A program made the position numbers and the translations under genes. A stretch of DNA of 32,000 nucleotides from Granulosicoccaceae sp. 1_MG-2023. GTDB lineage: Bacteria > Pseudomonadota > Gammaproteobacteria > Granulosicoccales > Granulosicoccaceae. Below, piece by piece: positions 8,014-15,090 of the stretch. Within the stretch, counting starts at the first letter, position 1. Every line of letters begins with the position of its first letter. The stretch covers positions 1,677 to 33,676 of the forward strand of contig JAUOPI010000027.1 of the NCBI GenBank assembly GCA_030546905.1, written 5' to 3'. The notes under the pieces were generated by a model. That model did no database searches and was not told the DNA's origin. It saw only the letters and a program-made list of their open reading frames with translations.

Positions 8014-8083
8014 ATTTAACCAAAGGCTGTTGTCGGACGCGCCTATGCTGCGCTCCGGCACGCCGCAAAGCCAAGCGTTAGAC
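8014..8083 (+). mobile_element. Integron attC-type recombination site (70 bp)
   Basis: The site is ATTTAAC (8014-8020) ... GTTAGAC (8077-8083), a perfect RYYYAAC/GTTRRRY pair. Hand-traced pairing: AAC/GTT, a 4-nt unpaired spacer, then GGCT/AGCC, TTG/CAA, CGG/CCG, CG/CG, GCC/GGC. Single bulged bases G8029, T8033 and A8037 are all on the left arm, and the loop is 13 nt. Confidence 0.75.
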
Positions 8084-8135
8084 GCGCGAACAAGGTCCCT
8101 GGTGTTGACCGCTATGCCGTTGGGAGGATCGTGAC

Positions 8136-8456
8136 TTGCCCAGGGTGTATGAGAGGGCCAGAGTGCTGACCATCAAGGTCGGAGTGTTTGGCTTACCGCT
8201 CGTATACTTCGGCTGGGCATACCTGTTCTGGTCTCCCATCTTTGGATCAGGCGAGTCGGTGTGGTCCTTCCCCAAGATCATCCTGTTCCTTGAAGGGGGA
8301 GCAAGTCCGCAGATTGCAGGGTTGCTTGTTGTGCCTGCAGGGTGTTTGGATACGGACGTCTCCATTCGGTCAACAGCGCATATCTTTATTTCCTGCAAGG
8401 CCGGCTGGGACGATGCGCCCGCGGATGTGCCGAAGTTTGAGGGCCTGCCCGACTAG
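8136..8456 (+). CDS. Hypothetical small membrane protein; N-terminus reminiscent of a CPBP/Abi-family protease, probably a truncated fragment
   Basis: A TTG start lies 7 nt after GGAGGA (8123-8128), directly after attC 2. FGLPLVYFGWAYLFWSPIF...ILFLEGGASPQIAGLLVV resembles the first two TM helices of CPBP proteins. The rest of that family is absent and the ORF ends at 106 aa. Confidence 0.3.
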   Translation: MPRVYERARVLTIKVGVFGLPLVYFGWAYLFWSPIFGSGESVWSFPKIILFLEGGASPQIAGLLVVPAGCLDTDVSIRSTAHIFISCKAGWDDAPADVPKFEGLPD

Positions 8457-8681
8457 ACTGTTGCGGCCAAACCCCGATCCGCACTGAGGCTGTAGCACCA
8501 ATGCCGGGGTAGGGCGCCGGTGTCGATCGGACTATTTCATATGTAATATCGCGGTACCTGCCATTTATGAATCTCCGCGGCTTATTGCCGGCAAGCTTAC
8601 CTGAAAGGCCTACGCTGACGGGAAAGTTGTCAGCGGGGCGGTTGATTTGCGTGCCAGTGTTTGCGGGAGAGGAGTGAATTC

Positions 8682-9173
8682 ATGATGGCTTATATCGCTG
8701 AGATGTGGGCGCTTGCGCTGGAAGGCGAGAAGCAGGGTGTACTGTTTTTCGTGGTGATCTACGTGTTGATTGTGTGTCTTTACTCTCTGGTGCGGCAATT
8801 GTTAATCAGGCGCTGGCCGCTGGCCAAAGGTAAGTTGCTCAGTGCGACGGTGGAGAAGTGGGGCGTGGAGGACATTATCCCGGCGGAGCAGGACTATAAA
8901 GCCGCGGCCTTGTATGAGTATGAGGTGGCCGGGCGGCGGTATCGGGGCAGGCGCGTATCGCCCTGGGTGATAGTTGCGTCGTATAACGCCAGAATGCTGC
9001 TTGAGAAGCAGTTATCCGGGGTCAGGATTCATCCGGACGGCTCGGTTGATGTTTTGTACAAGCCCGGAAAGCCACACAAGAGCTATCTGGTAAAGCCGGG
9101 GCTGTTCGGAATGGCGCTGACCTTCGGGATCGCAGTGATACCCTTGATACTCTATCTGAGGGCGTATGCCTAA
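8682..9173 (+). CDS. DUF3592-family membrane protein
   Basis: The track ORF is 8661..9173. ATG 8682 follows GGAGAGGAG. The layout is TM, then WPLAKGKLLSATVEKWG..AAALYEYEVAGRRYRGRRVS..HPDGSVDVLYKPGKPHKSYLV, then TM. This is the DUF3592 arrangement. Confidence 0.7.
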   Translation: MMAYIAEMWALALEGEKQGVLFFVVIYVLIVCLYSLVRQLLIRRWPLAKGKLLSATVEKWGVEDIIPAEQDYKAAALYEYEVAGRRYRGRRVSPWVIVASYNARMLLEKQLSGVRIHPDGSVDVLYKPGKPHKSYLVKPGLFGMALTFGIAVIPLILYLRAYA

Positions 9174-9268
9174 GCGGCACCATAGGGCTCGCCGGCGTTT
9201 ATCTACTTATTTGTTGCACGTTCTGTAGCTAAGGTCTGTCCATTAATGCCTTTACATCAGTAGCGGGG

Positions 9269-9586
9269 ATGAGCTTACTAGTACAGGACTCGCTGACCTA
9301 CACCTCTGCCCGGACCTGTGACGATGGTACGCGGGAGTTGGCAGCCAACGGCATTCCTGATCAGGAAGTAGGCACGTTCCCGAACCCGGGTAACCCCAAT
9401 GTCATTTCCGAACAGAGTGGTTCTGCAAGCTTTTGCCTGGTGCCTTCTGAGACAGGTACCGCGACCGGATCGGGGCGCATACTGCACATCACCGTGTCGC
9501 GAAAATCGGCGCAGCTGCGCCATGAGTTTGCGTTAACACCGGCGCAGCCGGTCGCTGAGTTATTCCCGGCAACGGACAGCGACTGA
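9269..9586 (+). pseudogene. YHYH-protein-like fragment (N- and C-terminally incomplete)
   Basis: LAANGIPDQEVGTFPNPGNPNVISEQ matches the NGIPxHxxGxFPxxGNPNxIxxQ signature of YHYH proteins. There is no signal peptide (an in-frame TAG lies just upstream), and similarity is lost after about 70 aa. Confidence 0.35.
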
Positions 9587-9599
9587 AGCGGCCGTTTAA

Positions 9600-10535
9600 T
9601 TAAGCGCTTTCCTGCGCGGCGCTGACTTCCACGGTGGCGTGGTCGATGGACCAGTGCTCGCGCAGGCGTTGTTTTACGGCTTGCAGTATGGCGTCGCGGT
9701 CAGAAGCGGGTTTAACACTCACTTCCAACGTTGCCATGGGCCGCTCCTCACTGATCATCCAGACATGCACATGCCGGGCGCTGAGCACGCCGGCGACCTG
9801 ACTTTCCAGGTCCGCCGCAATGCCGTCGCCGTCCACGTGCGGCGGTGCCCCTTCGAGCAGAATATTGGCGCTCTCGCGCACCACCGCATAGGCCGAGCGC
9901 AGGATCAGCAGCGCCACCAAAACCGATAGCAGGGGATCGATCGGGGTCCAGCCGCTCAGCATGATGATGATGGCGGCGATAATCGCGGCCAGTGAGCCGA
10001 GCAGGTCGCCCAACACATGCAGTGCGGCGGCGCGCACATTGAGATTTTCCCCGCCGGCGGCAGACAACACCTTAAAGCTGATGATATTGACCACCAGCCC
10101 GCCGACGGCGACCCAGAACATCAGCCCGCCGGTCACGGGCGCCGGTTCGCTGAGGCGGTGCCAGGCTTCGACCACAATCCAGGCGGCGATCACAAACAGC
10201 GCCAGCCCGTTAACAAAGGCGGCCAGCACCGAGATGCGGTCAAAGCCGTAGGTGCGGCGGGGATCTGCCGGTCGCGCGGCCAGGCCGATGGCAATCCGCG
10301 CCAGCAGCAGTGAGGCGGTGTCGGTGAGCATATGGCCGGCGTCGGCCAGCAAGGCCAGCGAACCGGAGATCAGGCCGCCGGCGATTTCGGCCAGCATAAA
10401 GCCGCCGGTCAGCCAGACGGCAATGCCCAGGGCCCGCCGGCGCTTGGCAAGTTGTTCGGGACTGGCGCCGCGTAGCGGCGAGAGATGGCTGTGACTGTGA
10501 TCGTGTGCGTGGTGATGTGAGGCGTGGCCGGGCAT
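9600..10535 (-). CDS. Cation diffusion facilitator (CzcD/ZitB-type) divalent-metal efflux transporter
   Basis: A His-rich N-terminus (HASHHHAHDHSHSH) is followed by ALGIAVWLTGGFMLAEIAGGLISGSLALLADAGHMLTD and AAALHVLGDLLGS. These are the CDF signature helices. Confidence 0.9.
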   Translation of the reverse strand: MPGHASHHHAHDHSHSHLSPLRGASPEQLAKRRRALGIAVWLTGGFMLAEIAGGLISGSLALLADAGHMLTDTASLLLARIAIGLAARPADPRRTYGFDRISVLAAFVNGLALFVIAAWIVVEAWHRLSEPAPVTGGLMFWVAVGGLVVNIISFKVLSAAGGENLNVRAAALHVLGDLLGSLAAIIAAIIIMLSGWTPIDPLLSVLVALLILRSAYAVVRESANILLEGAPPHVDGDGIAADLESQVAGVLSARHVHVWMISEERPMATLEVSVKPASDRDAILQAVKQRLREHWSIDHATVEVSAAQESA

Positions 10536-10630
10536 GGCGTCGTACGTGCGTTTCAGTGAGTCAGATTGCCCACGTTACGGCAGTCTGCGGCAAAAGAAAA
10601 GCGCACGGCGCCCATGCCCGGTTCCGGGGT

Positions 10631-11485
10631 TCAGTCGAAGACTACGGTGCGGTTGCCGTGCACCAGTACGCGGTCTTCCAGATGTGCGGTCAGGCCGCGG
10701 GCCAGCACGGCTTTTTCCACGTCCTTGCCCAGGCGCTCCAGATCACGGTCAGTTTGCGTATGCGACACGTGGATGGTGTCCTGCGCGATAATCGGTCCCT
10801 GATCGAGCTCTTCGGTGACGTAGTGGCAGGTCGCGCCGACCAGTTTGACACCGCGCTGCCAGGCCTGATGGTAAGGCCGCGCACCGACAAATGACGGCAG
10901 AAAGCTGTGGTGGATATTGAGTATCTGATGGCGGTACTTGCTGCACAGCGCCGGCGGCAGAATTTGCATATAGCGCGCCAGCACAATCGTGTCGGCCTTG
11001 TATTGGTCGATCAGGGCCTCGGTTTTGGCAAAACCGGCGGCTTTGTCGTTTTTGTCGACCGGCACATAGTGATAGGGAATACCGTACCATTCCACCAGAC
11101 CGCGGTGGTCTTCGTGATTGCAGATCACGCAGGTGATCTCGCAATCCAGATCCTTGCTGCGCCAGCGGTCAAGCAGATCGCTCAGGCAGTGCGAGCCTTT
11201 GCTGGCCAGCAGCGCGACCTTGCGCGGACTGTTGCCGTCGATGATCTGCCATTTCATCTTAAAGCGTTCGGCGATCGGCGCGAACTGACGGCGCAGCTCC
11301 TCCAGATCAAACGGCAGCGAGTCGGCTTTGACCACCAGACGCGAAAAGAACCAGTTGGCTTCGTGGTCGGAATGGTGGGAGGCTTCAAAGATCCAGCCGT
11401 TGTTGCTGCTCAGCAGCGTCGCAACAGCGGCGACTATGCCCGGCTGGTCAGGGCAGTTGTAGACGATACGGTAGGTGTTTTTCAT
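10631..11485 (-). CDS. purU: Formyltetrahydrofolate deformylase
   Basis: An ACT-like N-terminus (CPDQPGIVAAVATLL) is followed by NIHHSFLPSFVGARPYHQAWQRGVKLVGATCHYVTEELDQGPII, the PurU formyltransferase core. Confidence 0.92.
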   Translation of the reverse strand: MKNTYRIVYNCPDQPGIVAAVATLLSSNNGWIFEASHHSDHEANWFFSRLVVKADSLPFDLEELRRQFAPIAERFKMKWQIIDGNSPRKVALLASKGSHCLSDLLDRWRSKDLDCEITCVICNHEDHRGLVEWYGIPYHYVPVDKNDKAAGFAKTEALIDQYKADTIVLARYMQILPPALCSKYRHQILNIHHSFLPSFVGARPYHQAWQRGVKLVGATCHYVTEELDQGPIIAQDTIHVSHTQTDRDLERLGKDVEKAVLARGLTAHLEDRVLVHGNRTVVFD

Positions 11486-11591
11486 GACAGTCCGGCGGTG
11501 CGCGGCTTTATTGCTTAAAAGCGCGCAACTTTAAGCGAGGAGGGGGCAAAGTCAAGGGAACCCGCCGGATTGGCGGGCGAAAACGTCAGGC

Positions 11592-12443
11592 TCAGGCGCT
11601 TTTGGCCAGAAACTGCGCGACCGCCGCCGGATCGATCGGCAGATTCAGGTTTTCCACCACGCCGTCCTGACTGATCGCTTCAATGCGTGCGTGATCAGAC
11701 CAATGCAGCAATTGCAGCCAGCCGTTCTCGTCCTCGGTCAGGGCGGTGCAGTGTTCCACCCAGTCACCGTCATTGCAGTAGAGTGCGCCGTCGATCATGC
11801 GTATGCCGGCTTTATGGATATGGCCGCAGATGTAGCCGTCGAACTGCTGTTGCGCGGCGGCGCGGGCAGCGGCGTTTTCGAACTTGGCGATATAGTGTGC
11901 GGCATTGTTCAGGCGGGTCTTCAGCCAGCCGGACAGCGACCAGTAGGGTTTACCGCGCAGGCGTTGGTAGCGATTCATCCAGCGGTTCAGGCGCAGCAGC
12001 GCGCTGTAGCTGTGGTCGCCGATAAACAACAGCAGCTTGTTGTGGCGTACCGCGGAGTCGAATTCGTCGCCGTGACTGACGAAAAAACGCCGTCCGTCGG
12101 CGGCTGTGTGCTCGGCGTTCAGGCGCACGTCGATGCCAAGAAAACGGGTGCCGCTGAAATCGCGTAACAGGGCGTCGTGATTGCCCGGAATATAAGTCAC
12201 TCTGGTGCCGTTTGCGGCCTTGCGGAAAATCTCATTGACCACCGCGCTTTGTTCTTTGCTCCAATGCACGCTTTTTTTCATCTGCCACAGGTCAAAAATA
12301 TCGCCGACCAGATACAAATGCGCACAGTCGCTTTGCTGCAGGAAATCCAGCAGATAGCCGGCCTTGCAGTTTTTGGTGCCGAGATGGACGTCAGAGATAA
12401 AAATGCTGCGAAACTTCAGTTTGCTCATCGGGGGCGAACTCAT
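11592..12443 (-). CDS. Calcineurin-like metallophosphoesterase of the LpxH/PlcP group; the context favours a PlcP-like phospholipase C
   Basis: The motif series is FISDVHLG, LVGDIFD, IPGNHD, VSHGDEFD, CGHIHKAG. It lies immediately downstream of btaA-btaB on the same strand. Confidence 0.75.
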   Translation of the reverse strand: MSSPPMSKLKFRSIFISDVHLGTKNCKAGYLLDFLQQSDCAHLYLVGDIFDLWQMKKSVHWSKEQSAVVNEIFRKAANGTRVTYIPGNHDALLRDFSGTRFLGIDVRLNAEHTAADGRRFFVSHGDEFDSAVRHNKLLLFIGDHSYSALLRLNRWMNRYQRLRGKPYWSLSGWLKTRLNNAAHYIAKFENAAARAAAQQQFDGYICGHIHKAGIRMIDGALYCNDGDWVEHCTALTEDENGWLQLLHWSDHARIEAISQDGVVENLNLPIDPAAVAQFLAKSA

Positions 12444-12517
12444 GGCGAATGGGGCTTAGCCTAGCGCGGGAAAATGACAATCCTGCGTCAGTCCTGTGAA
12501 CACTGCGTGACCGGACC

Positions 12518-13228
12518 TTATTCGCCCGGCATCCATTGCAGTGTCGGTGCAGTCGGATCAGGCTTGCGGTAGCAGGCAATCAGCGCATAGCGGCCGGGCA
12601 AGTGCCTGAGTTGCAGTTGCCCGCCTTGGCGGGTCAGGCTTTGCAGAAAGCCCGGCAGGGCCGGCTCCGGATGTACGTGAAAACGTTTCAGCCAGCCGAG
12701 CAGCATTGTGCGGAACCAGGCCGGCATGCTTTGCTGGTCGGAAAAATCCACCACATGCAGGCAGCCGCCCGGGCGCAACACGCTGATGGCCTGCTCGATC
12801 GCAGCCTGCCAATCGGGAATCATCGACAACACGTAGGAAAACAGCACATGGTCAAACGGCTCATCACGCCCGAAGCTGGCCGGTGTGACCTGTTGCGCAA
12901 GAGCCTGCTGCAGACGCACGTTGCCGGTGTAGAGCCGGTGCCGGCGCAAATTGCCAAGCGCTGTATCGAGCATGGCCTGCGAGGCGTCGATACCGAACAG
13001 CTCGCTGCCGGGATTGTGGTAGGCAAGCTTGCAAAGATTACGCGCCGTGCCGCAGCCCATGTCCAGCAGGGTTTCGTCGGTATCCAGATCGATTTCCCTG
13101 AGCAGACTGTCGCGACCGAGCAGGTAGTACTTGCGCGACCAGTCGTAGACATAGCGTTGCAGGCGGTACTGCGCATCCATTTTTACGGCGGTATCGGCAC
13201 CGCCGTGATCATCCGTGCTTGAGAACAT
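12518..13228 (-). CDS. btaB: Class I SAM-dependent methyltransferase, BtaB-like (DGHS to DGTS N-methylase)
   Basis: The track ORF is 12518..13297. ATG 13228 overlaps the btaA end by 20 nt; the alternative is ATG 13180. Motifs: MDAQYRLQRYVYDWSRKYYLLGRDSLL, then LLDMGCGTARNL (SAM motif I). Confidence 0.75.
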   Translation of the reverse strand: MFSSTDDHGGADTAVKMDAQYRLQRYVYDWSRKYYLLGRDSLLREIDLDTDETLLDMGCGTARNLCKLAYHNPGSELFGIDASQAMLDTALGNLRRHRLYTGNVRLQQALAQQVTPASFGRDEPFDHVLFSYVLSMIPDWQAAIEQAISVLRPGGCLHVVDFSDQQSMPAWFRTMLLGWLKRFHVHPEPALPGFLQSLTRQGGQLQLRHLPGRYALIACYRKPDPTAPTLQWMPGE

Positions 13229-14426
13229 ACAAGTGGAATCCGCCGTAAATGGCCGAACGGTCGCGACGGAAAAACGCGCGCGAGGCCGCCGGGTCATAAG
13301 AGAATTGTTTGGTCAAGCTGTCGGGCAGTACCGATTCAAGCGGTGATTCAGCCGCTGCGGTACGGAAGATGATCCGGCTGCCGGGCCGTCCGGTGCGGAC
13401 AATTTCCTGCCATAGTTCAATCAGTGCGGCATCGGACATCCAATCCTGCGCATCGAGAAACACAAAGCGATCCAGTGAATTGGCCGCGCGGCTTTTCAGA
13501 TGTGCGGTCAGGGTTGTGTTATGGGTGTCGATCTTGTGCAGCTGATCGCGGATCGTGGTGTAGTTCTCTTCGCGCAGATAATCCGGTACGGCCTTGCGTT
13601 TCTCGTGGTCATAGCTGTGGCTGAATGCCTGCCAGGCGAAGTAGTTATCGCTGACAGGAAAATCGCAGGCCAGACGTTCGACGCGCTCACGGAACTGCGC
13701 GAGCAGATTGCCTTCGCGTTTCATGGCCTCGTATTGCTGCGGCGGTATGCCAAGGCTGAAGACCGACATCGGCAGCTTACCCAGCAGGCGCACCAGCGTG
13801 TTGTCGAAAAACGGGCGGATTTCGCGTCTGAAGATCTCGGCCTGTTCCGCCTGGCTGGTGGCGCTCAGCAAGCGCTGCGGCTGATAGTCGGTGCAGCGGG
13901 CAATAAAATGCAGAAAGCGCATATACCAGCCGAAACGGGTATGCCGGTACAAACCGTCGCGGAAAAGGCTGATACGACGCCGGCCGTTAAAACGCCGTCC
14001 GTCCCAGAAGGCGCGCAGTTCAGGGTCGATCGCATCGCGGATATAGCGCCGGTACAGACGCGGATTCGATTCGCAGTCGCCGTAGCCGAAAAAATCATAA
14101 AAGGCGTCAAAATCCGGCAGCTGTTGCATGGCCGCGATTTTCAGCCGCGTCAGTGACAGATGATAGGGATTCAGGTCCACGGCTGTAATACGCGCCGGCG
14201 ATGCGGTCAGATAGTTCAGCACATTGCAGCCGCCGGAGGCGATGGTCAGCACGTCGCTGTCTTCGCGCAGCTGCAGGGCTTCCATGTCGATGCGCGGGTC
14301 TTCCCAGATCTGGTTGTAGATAAAGCTGTTAAACCAGATGCGGAACAGGCGTTGTTGCATGCCCCGCAAACTGGCCAGCTTGTTTTGTTGGACCGCGCTT
14401 TTCAGAACGTGTGAGGCACCGGTCAT
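13209..14426 (-). CDS. btaA: DUF3419 / BtaA-like SAM:diacylglycerol 3-amino-3-carboxypropyl transferase
   Basis: The track ORF is 13209..14450. ATG 14426 has GGAGAAATCCCT upstream, whereas 14450 has no RBS. FIYNQIWEDPRIDMEALQL..DVLTIASGGCNVLNYL is the DUF3419 signature. Confidence 0.82.
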   Translation of the reverse strand: MTGASHVLKSAVQQNKLASLRGMQQRLFRIWFNSFIYNQIWEDPRIDMEALQLREDSDVLTIASGGCNVLNYLTASPARITAVDLNPYHLSLTRLKIAAMQQLPDFDAFYDFFGYGDCESNPRLYRRYIRDAIDPELRAFWDGRRFNGRRRISLFRDGLYRHTRFGWYMRFLHFIARCTDYQPQRLLSATSQAEQAEIFRREIRPFFDNTLVRLLGKLPMSVFSLGIPPQQYEAMKREGNLLAQFRERVERLACDFPVSDNYFAWQAFSHSYDHEKRKAVPDYLREENYTTIRDQLHKIDTHNTTLTAHLKSRAANSLDRFVFLDAQDWMSDAALIELWQEIVRTGRPGSRIIFRTAAAESPLESVLPDSLTKQFSYDPAASRAFFRRDRSAIYGGFHLYVLKHG

Positions 14427-14470
14427 AGGGATTTCTCCGGATGTGGTCATCGGCGCAGTCTAGTCAGCGC

Positions 14471-14492
14471 ATATGTCGCCACGGTGACATAT
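14471..14492. promoter_or_regulatory. 22-bp near-perfect palindrome in the btaA / DUF1284 divergent intergenic region
   Basis: ATATGTCGCC AC GGTGACATAT pairs at 9 of 10 positions and lies 45 nt upstream of btaA ATG 14426. Half-sites TGTCGC/TGTCAC resemble Pho-box hexamers but are inverted, not direct. Confidence 0.35.
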
Positions 14493-14640
14493 ACGCCGAT
14501 ATTCAAAGCGCCGATAAGCTTGCTGCTGCACAGGCGCGGCGGTTTCGCGTTAGACTGAGCGGCCCGTGGAGGATTGCTGCCGATAATGAACCCAAACCAC
14601 CTATTGTTGCCGTCCCCGGCCGGTATGCGGAGGCTCTGCT

Positions 14641-15090
14641 GTGCCTGAGCCTGTACGTTTCCGGGGCCATCATTTGCTGTGTATGCTCAGCTACCAGTCG
14701 CAGGGGTATACGCCGGCGTTTGTGGCCCGTTTTGATGAGGCTGTGGAGGCGCTGAACCGGGGCGCCTCGCTGGTGCTGGAATCCGGGCCGGATATGCTGT
14801 GCGAGACCGTGCTCGGCGAGCCTGATTGCCATTGTCACAATGCCAGTGTCAGACAACGCGACGCGCTTGCTTTACACGCCGTGGGACAGGCGCTGGGCCA
14901 GACTCTGGCGCCGGGAACAAGCCTGTCTCTGACAGCGGAGCAGGTGTGGCAGCTGCGGCAGGGTTTTGCCGATGGCAGTTTGCGGGCCGCCTGCGAGGGT
15001 TGTCAGTGGGCGCGCCTGTGCACGCGCATCGCGAGGCAGCAATTCCCCGGTGTGCGTTTATTTCCGGCAGCTCCGGCGAGCAAGAAGTGA
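14641..15090 (+). CDS. DUF1284 domain protein (Cys-rich, unknown function)
   Basis: A GTG start lies 7 nt after GGAGG. FRGHHLLCMLSYQSQGYTPAFV, then DMLCETV..EPDCHCHN..CEGCQWARLC matches the DUF1284 pattern (R.HHLLC..GY...F......C..C). Confidence 0.75.
   Translation: MPEPVRFRGHHLLCMLSYQSQGYTPAFVARFDEAVEALNRGASLVLESGPDMLCETVLGEPDCHCHNASVRQRDALALHAVGQALGQTLAPGTSLSLTAEQVWQLRQGFADGSLRAACEGCQWARLCTRIARQQFPGVRLFPAAPASKK

Noticed and set aside
8465-8647. A possible third attC (GCCAAAC ... GTTGATT) after the CPBP-like fragment, with an internal hairpin CGCTGAC N9 GTCAGCG at 8613-8635.
   Set aside because: At about 183 bp it is longer than typical attC sites, both cores deviate from RYYYAAC/GTTRRRY, and I could trace only scattered pairing between the arms.
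9167-9203. An attC-like end motif GCCTAAGCGGC ... GCCGGCGTTTATC directly after the DUF3592 stop.
   Set aside because: It is only about 37 bp (too short for attC) and the AAC and GTTRRRY cores are not intact. It is more simply a weak 5-8 bp hairpin after the stop codon.
9388-9538. GGTAACC ... GCGTTAACA with partial arm complementarity inside the YHYH fragment. Separately, 2209-2330 (CGTCAAC ... GCGTTCGCC) lies upstream of the first GT4 gene.
   Set aside because: Pairing between the arms is poor and the cores are imperfect. The first lies within a recognisable coding fragment. The shared 10-mer AGCGCCGCTC with attC 1 is expected by chance in a window of this size.
11486-11591. A ZTP (pfl) riboswitch or PurR box upstream of purU. 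I considered this because ACCGCCGGAC near the start resembles the ZTP 3' sub-domain.
   Set aside because: The region is only about 105 nt, lacks the conserved 5' sub-domain and does not match CCGCCUGGGC. A plain promoter (TTGACT N16 TAAAGT on the minus strand) explains it better.
14471-14492. A classical Pho box upstream of btaA.
   Set aside because: TGTCAC-like hexamers are present but as an inverted repeat, not as direct repeats with 11-bp periodicity. I kept it only as an unassigned palindrome.
14826-15086. The 87-codon N-terminal extension of the ligase ORF in the track. Similar upstream extensions occur at 16403, 21450, 21095, 5640..7121, 7384..7791 and 7701..8015.
   Set aside because: The extensions overlap upstream genes in another frame and are low-complexity. 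Internal starts with an RBS or 4-nt overlap coupling give N-termini typical of the respective families.
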